IMG/VR virus record: IMGVR_UViG_3300045988_167652
DNA length: 64,000 nt
Reading direction: 5' to 3' (one strand)
DNA from: a virus
Each line of letters opens with the position of its first letter. Position 1 is the first letter of the stretch. The notes under the pieces are model-generated. The model was not told where the DNA came from, did no database searches, and saw only the letters and a program-made list of their open reading frames with translations. Positions 1 to 8,018 of this stretch are shown in pieces. A program made the translations under genes and the position numbers.

Positions 1-29
1 CTTATTAGACTTGTTAACTTTATTATCCA

Positions 30-55
30 TAGTTTATATAGTTTATATAGTTTAT
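30..55. repeat. Tandem 9-nt repeat TAGTTTATA, about 2.9 copies, abutting a leftward ATG (reverse-complement ATG at 28-30)
   Basis: Units read directly at 30-38, 39-47 and 48-55. Confidence 0.8.
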
Positions 56-144
56 CATAAGGGGATATGTTCCCCTCATTAATTATGGGGGGTGGGGTAG
101 GAGGTTCTTATCTAACACATATATAAATATATATAACATAATAA

Positions 145-182
145 ATATCTTACATACACACAAATATATCTTACATACACAC
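145..182. repeat. Perfect 17-bp direct repeat ATATCTTACATACACAC, two copies with 21-bp periodicity (iteron-like)
   Basis: Copies at 145-161 and 166-182, in an ORF-free region. Confidence 0.8.
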
Positions 183-358
183 CAGAATAACATTTATAAC
201 AATCAAAAAACTAATAAAAAATTTGTGTTAAGAATACATTTTAAAGAATAATCGAACGAATAAACCAACGAAAAGCTGACTAATAATTATATAAAAAATA
301 GCACAATGAAGACATAAAACTAATAGATTAGAACTAATAAAACATATAAATCAATACT

Positions 359-440
359 AATAATAGTAGTTTTATATACTCAAAATTGGCTAATATTATT
401 ATGAAAACTATATAAAATATGAATTAAAACTACTATTATT
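359..440. repeat. Perfect 16-bp inverted repeat with a 50-nt spacer
   Basis: AATAATAGTAGTTTTA at 359-374 is the exact reverse complement of TAAAACTACTATTATT at 425-440. Confidence 0.8.
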
Positions 441-819
441 TATAGATGAAAAATAAGTGTTAGGTTATACAGAGTAAGAAATAATTACTTATCATATTTA
501 CTATAGATAGACTTTATAAAACATATATTTTAATTTAAGAAAAACCATTCCAAATAACAACAAACTCCCTAAATCCCTTAAACCACCTAACTAAAATATC
601 AATTACAAAAGTAGTAGGGATATAATTTATTTTATAGTTTTTATAGTGGAGGATAAGTATTATTACCTTACAGAAGAATACATAAATGAATAACCACAAA
701 AATAATTTTTATATTTTATTTTTATGGTTTATACAGTATAAAATAATAAGTTTTGAAGGGTGGAAGAAGGGGGGTAGGTTGGTAGTATTTTTAATATTTT
801 ACTAAAGGAAAAATGATTT

Positions 820-1053
820 TTATTCAGTAGAACTATTAAAGAATAAACATAATTCATTATAATTTTCAATAGTAGGACTATTAATAAATGTAGGAATAGG
901 ATCATATATTTGAATAGAAGAACCATGATTATTTAATAGTTTTACTAATAAATAATATTGTTTATTAGAATAAATAGTAACTAATTTTTCAGTAGATTTA
1001 TTTCCTAAAAGATATAATTTTAATTGTTTAGGAAACTTATTTATAGTAATCAT
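820..1053 (-). CDS. Hypothetical small protein (77 aa)
   Basis: Intact standard-code ORF with non-repetitive composition. It overlaps the 729-926 ORF, which looks spurious. I recognise no motif. Confidence 0.35.
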   Translation of the reverse strand: MITINKFPKQLKLYLLGNKSTEKLVTIYSNKQYYLLVKLLNNHGSSIQIYDPIPTFINSPTIENYNELCLFFNSSTE

Positions 1054-1978
1054 AAGATATTTATAGAGTAACTTTCATAGTTTATTCTTTAAATAATAGG
1101 ATATAAATATACAATGGATATAGTACTATATAAAAGTAGTCAAAATTTAAAATTAATACTTCTCTTAATTCAATTTTGACTATTCTATCAATCCCAATTT
1201 TTAATACTTTATTTTAATCCTACTTCTTTATCTTTTCTTCTTCCTTAAACTCGACTTTCTTTTTTACTTATCTTTTATATCTATCTTTTAGTAGTAGGTT
1301 ATTAATTATTATGTTTTTTTCTTTTAAATCAGTGTTTGTAGTACTTTTTGTGAAGTTAGATTTTGGATATAGTGTTCCCTCTTTAGCGTCGATTTTTTTA
1401 AAAAAGAAAAAAACAAACAGCTAATCACCCTAATAATAAATTATTTTGGGTTTTTATTTTTTAACTTCATAGGCAGCAGAGAATTTACATCTTGTAAATC
1501 TGCCCGCTTAATATTATTAGTTTTATCAGGCTAATAGTATTAAAGATAGACTTTTGGTCCTTCCACTCCCACTTCTATCAGTTAGTTTTTTATCACTATT
1601 GATAGAACACCTTCAACCTTTATGTGGGGCTATCTTCCTACTTATATAAAAAATATTTTTGATAGTGTCGGGGAAAACCTTTATGCTTATGTATAAAATT
1701 CAATCATATAATGATAATTGAAAGTTGCATAAAGTAACCCGACGTCTGAACCTATTACTTGTTTGCGCTAAAACCATCATAGGCTGATTAACCTCAGGCA
1801 GGTTACTATCGCTGCAAATATACAACATATTTTTAATATACAAACATGTTAATGAAATTTATTTATTAGTAAAGAAATAATTTATTAATAATACAGTCTA
1901 TTTTATACTTATATGTTAAATAACTATAAATAATAATAGTTTTTTATCTTTTATGGTTTCTATATAAAATTAAATTTA

Positions 1979-1986
1979 TATTTTTG
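1979..1986 (+). promoter_or_regulatory. Bacteroidota-type -7 promoter box (TAnnTTTG), candidate promoter for the leader and tRNA transcript
   Basis: TATTTTTG read at 1979-1986. A second match, TAGGTTTG, lies at 2024-2031. There is no well-spaced -33 TTTG. Confidence 0.3.
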
Positions 1987-2229
1987 CATTGGTATCGGAA
2001 GTAACCCAACGTCTATGTCTTTTTAGGTTTGTGAAAATATAGAAAGACTAACTCCTGTGAATGATTTCAATTTAGTATTATATAGCCCGCTTTTAATACT
2101 GAATTTTAGAGTTTGATTCTCTTTACAGGAGCAAAAATATACATATAATTTCAGAGTAAATTAATAGTATAGGCTTTAATTTTTTTTCATTTTGTAGTCC
2201 TAAGTCATGACTTTAAACTGACTTACATA

Positions 2230-2299
2230 GCGGATAGGTGTAATGGTTGCATATTAGCCTCATAAGCTAAAGGTAATAAGTTCGATTCTTATATCCGCA
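2230..2299 (+). tRNA. tRNA with anticodon CAT (Met, or Ile2 if lysidine-modified); no encoded CCA
   Basis: Hand-folded cloverleaf. Acceptor GCGGAT pairs with ATCCGC. Anticodon stem TTAGC/GCTAA, loop CTCATAA. T arm ATAAG-TTCGATT-CTTAT. The acceptor/T-stem junction is one nt short, so the ends are +/-1. Confidence 0.8.
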
Positions 2300-2340
2300 A
2301 CTAAATATTAATACTACTAATACTTATGAATTAATCACAT

Positions 2341-2412
2341 TGAGGTATGGTGTAATGGTTAACACAATTCTCTCTAAAAGAATAGATGAAGGTTCAAATC
2401 CTTCTGCCTTAA
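2341..2412 (+). tRNA. Amber suppressor tRNA, anticodon CTA (reads UAG), probably Gln-type; no encoded CCA
   Basis: Canonical 72-nt cloverleaf. Acceptor TGAGGTA/TGCCTTA (U1:A72). D stem GTGT/ACAC with loop AATGGTTA. Anticodon stem ATTCT/AGAAT, loop CT-CTA-AA (anticodon at 2374-2376). T arm GAAGG-TTCAAAT-CCTTC. Confidence 0.9.
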
Positions 2413-2444
2413 CTAATTAAATTAATTTATTACATATATAATAT

Positions 2445-2798
2445 ATGAATACACCAATTAGCAATTTAACTAAAGAACAAATTGAAAAGCCATCCATTCC
2501 TTTTACAGTAGAAGAATTAAAATCATTAGGATTTGAACAAAACAAAAAGCATATAAATTTCTATTTCAAATAGGTATCTTTAAGATTATATTAGGGAGAT
2601 ATATGTAATTTTATATCTATATCTATAGAAGAAGATAATTATGTTACTATAGCTTTTACTACAGATAGAACACAATATTTAGTAGCATTTCAAGGTAAAT
2701 TATTATATTTTGAAGATTTTGAAAGAATGTTTTTTAATTTTTTCTTTAAAGAAAGGGATTAGAAAATATATAAAGAATTAATTACATATAGAGATTAA
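2445..2798 (+). CDS. Hypothetical protein (117 codons with TAG as sense; 42 codons under the standard code)
   Basis: ATG at 2445. In-frame TAG at 2571, 2592 and 2760. TAA at 2796. I hand-translated it, and coding-like composition continues past each TAG. Confidence 0.45.
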
Positions 2799-2811
2799 AA
2801 ATATATAAACA

Positions 2812-3198
2812 ATGAAGAAAATAAAAGAATTTTTTGTCAGGTGGTATGATTGGTTTTGTAATGAATTTACTACAGAAAATTCATATTTATATCAAGAATG
2901 TTATGAACATCTTGAACCTAAAATTACAGAAGAATCTACTAAAGAAAATAAAGAAATAAATGAAACAGTTACTAAAGAAATTATTGATCCTGTTAGAGAA
3001 AATAGCAGAAAAAAGAGCAATAAAAAAAGGAATACCCCCTCAACAGATAATAGAGAAAAGCAGAAAAAAAGCGAAGAAAATGAGGCAGAAAATATTCTGC
3101 AAAGCGTGGAAAGCAATGAAACAGTCAGAAAGAAGACTGAAAGAAATGGAAGAAAAAAGTTGAAGGAAAAATCCCTAAAGAAGAAGATTATAGAGTAA
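2812..3198 (+). CDS. Hypothetical Lys/Glu-rich protein
   Basis: 128-aa TAG-free ORF. The C-terminal half is low complexity and is overlapped by open alternative frames (see findings). Confidence 0.45.
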   Translation: MKKIKEFFVRWYDWFCNEFTTENSYLYQECYEHLEPKITEESTKENKEINETVTKEIIDPVRENSRKKSNKKRNTPSTDNREKQKKSEENEAENILQSVESNETVRKKTERNGRKKLKEKSLKKKIIE

Positions 3199-3266
3199 AA
3201 GTAGCTGAAAAAAGAAAAAGATTAAAGAATAAAGGTGATACTAAATAAGAATAAAAACTATGTTTT

Positions 3267-3494
3267 ATGTTAGAAAAATTAGATATTCACACTATAAAAC
3301 ATAAACTTTTATCAGAAAGGTTTAATGATGAGCCTGTATATTATTGTACAAGATGTTTATCATTAAAGATAAGAGGAATGAGGGATATAGAATACTGTGA
3401 TTAGTGTGGATCAGTAAATATAGCTATTACTAATATCTTTGATTGGGAAGATAGATATAAAAGAAAGTATAAACATAACTTTATAGAACATTAA
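3267..3494 (+). CDS. Small zinc-ribbon protein (75 codons)
   Basis: Hand translation MLEKLD...YYCTRCLSL...EYCD[TAG]CGS... The two CxxC knuckles are complete only if TAG 3402-3404 is a sense codon. Confidence 0.55.
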
Positions 3495-3511
3495 ATATAT
3501 ATATTTTAAAG

Positions 3512-3802
3512 ATGGAAAATGTAAAAGTAAAAAAGGAAAGTAATGAGGAAGTAAAAGAAAATAAGAAACTTTCTTATGAAGAACTAAGTAAGTATGCTTC
3601 ACAACTCGTTGATGTGAATAATAAGTTGAAAAATGCTTTACAGGAAGCTCTTAATGATAGTTTTATGAAAAGGATTGATATTCTTTTCATGGTTCTTAAG
3701 TATAAAGAACTCTTTGGAAGTGATTTTACTACTATGTGTGTAGAAGAACTGAAAGAGATTATTACTATTAATAGAGAAGAAGAGCCTACAGAAGATAAAT
3801 AA
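3512..3802 (+). CDS. Hypothetical protein (96 aa, helical and acidic)
   Basis: Intact TAG-free ORF in the rightward operon, ending in TAA. Confidence 0.6.
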   Translation: MENVKVKKESNEEVKENKKLSYEELSKYASQLVDVNNKLKNALQEALNDSFMKRIDILFMVLKYKELFGSDFTTMCVEELKEIITINREEEPTEDK

Positions 3803-3809
3803 GAATATA

Positions 3810-4232
3810 ATGAGCCAGAATAATAAAAAAAAGAATATGAATATAGTTTACATGCCAGTAAATTCTGAAGAAGATTTTTATTATTACTGGCTCGTATTCT
3901 TAAAACCTTTTCATCCTCTTGTTAATAAGGAAATGATTATTGCTGCTGAATTTCTTTATCAAAGACAAATACTTAGTGAAGTTATATCAGACCCTGAATT
4001 AGTAGATACAGCATTATTATCGAAAGATATAGCTGAAAAAATTAAAGAAAAACATCAATTATCAGATTCTTATTATAAAGTTATTATATCGAATTTTAGG
4101 AAAAACGGATTTCTTCAAGATGAAAAAGTAAATCCTAAATACATACCTAACAGAGAATTTGGAGAGAAAACTTTTCAACTTACTTTTCACTTTGATTTAA
4201 GAAATGTAGACAAGGATAAAAAGTTACAGTGA
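3810..4232 (+). CDS. Hypothetical protein (140 aa)
   Basis: Intact TAG-free ORF ending in TGA. Confidence 0.6.
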   Translation: MSQNNKKKNMNIVYMPVNSEEDFYYYWLVFLKPFHPLVNKEMIIAAEFLYQRQILSEVISDPELVDTALLSKDIAEKIKEKHQLSDSYYKVIISNFRKNGFLQDEKVNPKYIPNREFGEKTFQLTFHFDLRNVDKDKKLQ

Positions 4233-4551
4233 TGCTGGAGAATGTTTTATAAGGGCAGGTAAAGAATTAAATTTAAATGAGGATAAAGTAAAAGAATATT
4301 CATTACTTATATTTAAATGTATAAGAGAAGTATTTGATGAATTTTACAGTAATCCTGATAATTATGATGAATTTAATAAACACCCTATAGGATTTAGTTT
4401 CATTAAATTTGGAACTTTTTTTATTAGTAAAGATAAGATGTTAAGACTTAATTTCCTACATAAACCTGCTGAAACAGATGTAAAACAAACTCTTAAAGAG
4501 ATAAAAAGGAAGATCAAAAAAGATAAACAATCTAAAGAAGAAAACATTTAA
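4204..4551 (+). CDS. Hypothetical protein (115 codons) beginning ATG-TAG
   Basis: The open frame 4204-4551 has protein-like sequence (...ECFIRAGKELNLNEDKVKEYSLLIFKCIREVFDEF...IKFGTFFISKDK...). Its only upstream ATG (4204) is immediately followed by TAG (4207). It overlaps the preceding gene by 29 nt. Confidence 0.45.
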
Positions 4552-4564
4552 AAATTAAAATATT

Positions 4565-5032
4565 ATGTATAATATAAAGAAAGTAAGACCCATGTCCAAT
4601 ATGCTTATTGCTACTATGAATAAATCTGAAGACCTTGAATATGCTTCTGGTAGTACAAGTATTATTGATCCTACTTCAAATACAAGGGGAGGTATTAAGG
4701 AAATTCAAAAAGTAATAGCTGTAGGACCTATGGTTAGAACCATTAAAGAAGGAGACACTATTCATATTAATTTTTCAAGATATGCCGTAAAGAAATATGC
4801 TCCAGATACTTTAAAAGGTAATATGGATGAACTTACTAATCAAATAACAGGATATAATTTAAATACGATTATACTTGATGGAAAAATGTGTTTAGTATTA
4901 TTCGACAGTGATATTGATTTTATTGTAGATGATTATGAAGAAATACATAATCCTATAATAGATAAACCTGAAAAAACTAAACTTATTACTCATCCTGAAG
5001 ATATTAGGAGAACAAGTAATCTAATAAATTAA
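4565..5032 (+). CDS. Possible GroES/gp31-like co-chaperonin
   Basis: 155-aa TAG-free ORF. The pattern V-R-P-M-x-N-x-L-I ... GGI ... VIAVGP ... EGDTI ... D-x-DI-x-FIV resembles the Cpn10 fold signature. Confidence 0.45.
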   Translation: MYNIKKVRPMSNMLIATMNKSEDLEYASGSTSIIDPTSNTRGGIKEIQKVIAVGPMVRTIKEGDTIHINFSRYAVKKYAPDTLKGNMDELTNQITGYNLNTIILDGKMCLVLFDSDIDFIVDDYEEIHNPIIDKPEKTKLITHPEDIRRTSNLIN

Positions 5033-5076
5033 GGAAGAAAAATATAAAAATATAAAAAGAATAACATAAAGTTATA

Positions 5077-5637
5077 ATGTAGTTATTTAAATATGAGAAC
5101 TATCAAGTATCATTCTCTCCTTATATAATCAGCATTAAAGCCTTTAGAAACATTATAAATAAGGATAAAAGTAAAGATAAGGATAAAGCCATATCTCTTT
5201 TATCCTTTATTTATTTTTATGTTGATCCGAGAAGTGATTATATGTATTTGATAGATAAAGAATCAAGGTAGAAATTAATATGTGAACATTTAGGGTTACC
5301 TGATAACATCTTAAAGGATAAAGATTTGTAGGAAGCTATTAGCGTATATAAAGAATTAGTTCATACTATATCATCAGACTTACTTTATACCACTAAGGAA
5401 TTGATATCAAAACTTTAGCAATAGCTTAAAAGTATAGATATTAATGAAAAGGATGATAAGGGTAAGTTGGTTTATTCTCCTTAGCAGATAGCTAAAACTA
5501 TTAATGAAGTACCTGAATTAATAGAAACTCTTAATAAAGTATAGAAAAAAGTATTCCAAGAAATTCAAGATAATGAAAACATCAGAGGAGACCAAGAACT
5601 TGCAGTCCTTGAAGATGGTGTACGATAGAAAGATTAA
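5077..5637 (+). CDS. Hypothetical protein directly upstream of TerL (small-terminase position), beginning ATG-TAG
   Basis: Hand translation of 186 codons with several in-frame TAGs, including TAG-CAA-TAG at 5416-5424. ATG 5077 is followed by TAG 5080. TAA at 5635. Confidence 0.5.
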
Positions 5638-7915
5638 TGAAGTCAATTCTTAGATAACGGAAGAATTACTAAGTGTTTTATCGGAAGAATATAGAGAAAT
5701 ATTCTTTGATATGATAGAACATGTACCTTTTATAAGAAATTTAATAGCTAAAGATAGAAAGAAAGCAAAAGATTTACCTAAAGATGATAAAGGAAGAATT
5801 ATAGTAGATATATGTAATCCTCATATACTTGAAGATATGGATTACTTTAGACCTGCTGCTATTTTTTTTGAAAAACATGGTTGTTATACTAAGTTAAAAC
5901 CTAATTCAAATCCTAATTCAGATTTTAGAAAATGGTTGGATGAAGAAGTAAGAAGAATACTTGAAGGATATGTTAGACCTGATGGTGAATGGGTTACAGG
6001 ATTAATGTATTTTTATATGAACTATTGTCCTATTATGGTTCATAAGAAAGACAAATCAGGTAAAAAATTAAATCGCATGGAAGGATTTCCTGATTGTTGG
6101 GATAGTGCATATTTAATTACTCATTATCTTGATTAGGCTCTTGAAGGAGGTATTTATAACGATTTTAAAGGAAATGAACATGCAGGATTAATAGCTAAAC
6201 GTGGGTTAGGAAAAAGTTATTTATTATCCGCTATTTTATCAAGATTATTTAAGGTAGGTAAAGATTCTGAAGTTACTAAAGATACATTAGGTACTATAGT
6301 AGCTAACGGTAAAACATATCTTCAAAATGTAAACTCAGGAACACTTCCTAAATACACTAATATTATAGACTTCTTAGATGTACATATGCACTTTCCCAGA
6401 TTAAGAATTAAATCTTCTTTATCAGATATGTAGTGGTAGTTAGGATATAAAAAGTCCGGTTCAGATGTTCTTTATGGTACAAGAAATGCTACTTTAGGAT
6501 TAAGTATTACAGATGATCCTGATAAAGTCAGAGGTAATCGTTCTATGGCTTTATTATATGAAGAATTTGGTACTATAGATAATTTTCTTACAGCACTTAA
6601 CACTTCAAGATATAATGTGGAAGATGGTGATTATTTGTTTGGTCAGATATTCTTTTTAGGTACTGGAGGAACTAAAGGTAATTCATTTATAGGGGCTTAG
6701 GAAGTAATTTATCATCCTAAAGGATATAAAGTTTATTCTTTACCTAATGTATTTGATAAAGAAGGTAAAGGTAAGGGGGAAAGCATCCTTTTTATGGGAG
6801 CTTATATGTCAAGAAAAGGATGTATAGATGAAAATGGTAATAGTGATGTTATTAAAGCATTGGTTTAGGTACTTAAAGACAGACAAACTACTAAACAAAA
6901 TTCATCAGACCCTTCTACTATTGCATAGAAAGTAGCTGAGCTTCCTCTTACTATTCAGGAAGCCATATTAACAGCGGAAAGAAATAAATTCCCTGTTAAA
7001 GATATATCTCAGGCTCTTAGAGATTTATTGGAATCGGATATATTAAATAATACTTACAATGCTGATTTAGTATTTGATAAACAGAAAGTAATATGTGTTC
7101 CTTCTTCAGAATCTCCTATTATTTATTTTCCTCATAAGACTAATAAATTAGTAGGATGTCCTTAGATATTTGAAATGCCTTAGAAAGATTCAAAAGGTAT
7201 TATTCCTTCAGGAAGATATATTATAGGTAATGACCCTGTGGATGATGATGAATCAGAAACACTATCATTAATGAGTTCATTTGTACTTGATTTATGGACT
7301 GATATTATAGTAGCAGAATATACGGGAAGACCTTCAACCACTAATGAATATTATGAGAATTTAAGAAAGTTAGCATTATTTTATAATGCTACTATTATGT
7401 ATGAAAATAATAAGAAAGGATTATATGCTTATATGTCTATGATGAATTGTGTTTATCTTTTAGCTGATACTCCTGACTATTTAAAAGAAAAAGATTATAC
7501 TAAAACAAGTACTAATAACACTACTAAAGGATATTATGCTTCTTAGCCAGTTAAATCTTATGGAATGAGATTAATTAATCAGTGGCTATTAAAACCTTAT
7601 ACTGAAATAATCGAAGGAATAGAAATAACTAAACCACTGCTTTATAAATAGCCTTCAATTCCTTTATTTTAGGAATTATCTTTATGGAATCCTGATGGTA
7701 ACTATGATAGAGTATCTGCTCTTATAGGATTAATGCTTTACAGAGAATAGAAATTAATGATGTTAAGAGGTAAAGACCCAAGTAGTATGTATAATGATGA
7801 CAGTAATTCAATTATGAAAGATGATTTTATTATTAAAACACTAAACAAAATGAATAGAAAACAGTCTTTAGGATATTTGGATGGAATGAATTATTTACAG
7901 TTAATGAATAGATAA
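5615..7915 (+). CDS. terL: Terminase large subunit
   Basis: Track fragments 5711-6136 and 7238-7546 share one frame, and I hand-joined that frame across about a dozen TAGs. Walker A-like AKRGLGKS, acidic nuclease-type segment GNDPVDDDES, TAA at 7913. Start uncertain (ATG at 5573, 5615 or 5711). Confidence 0.85.
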
Positions 7916-7970
7916 TTTAAAGAATATAATAACTTTGTACCTACCTAACTTACCTACTCTTATTTTTATA

Positions 7971-7978
7971 TATCTTTG
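7971..7978 (+). promoter_or_regulatory. Bacteroidota-type -7 box (TATCTTTG) upstream of the portal gene
   Basis: Matches TAnnTTTG 41 nt upstream of ATG 8019. A TTTG at 7934-7937 is too far away for canonical -33 spacing. Confidence 0.3.
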
Positions 7979-8018
7979 CGCTTAATTAGTATTAAATGAA
8001 TTTTAATTATTTTGATAT

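Noticed and set aside
1-30. A leftward gene start (reverse complement ATGGATAATAAAGTTAACAAG...) at the window edge.
   Set aside because: Only 10 codons are visible, which is too little to support a feature call. I mention it only as context for the adjacent tandem repeat.
30-440. A possible CRISPR array among the short repeats.
   Set aside because: The repeats are 9-17 bp with only 2-3 copies and no regular repeat-spacer architecture, and there are no cas genes in the window.
729-926. Minus-strand ORF 729-926 (65 aa).
   Set aside because: It overlaps the more protein-like 820-1053 ORF in another frame. Its translation is mostly Leu/Ile/Phe-rich, and its C-terminus is just the complement of the G-rich island at 758-785.
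1733-1806. A 74-nt element closed by a 7-bp stem (AGTAACC/GGTTACT), considered as a minus-strand tRNA.
   Set aside because: A D-arm-like hairpin can be drawn, but no 5-bp/7-nt anticodon arm or T arm fits on either strand.
2201-2215. The 12-bp palindrome AAGTCATGACTT just upstream of tRNA(CAU), considered as an operator.
   Set aside because: It is a single short palindrome with no second copy or associated regulator, so it could easily be chance or part of the tRNA precursor processing context.
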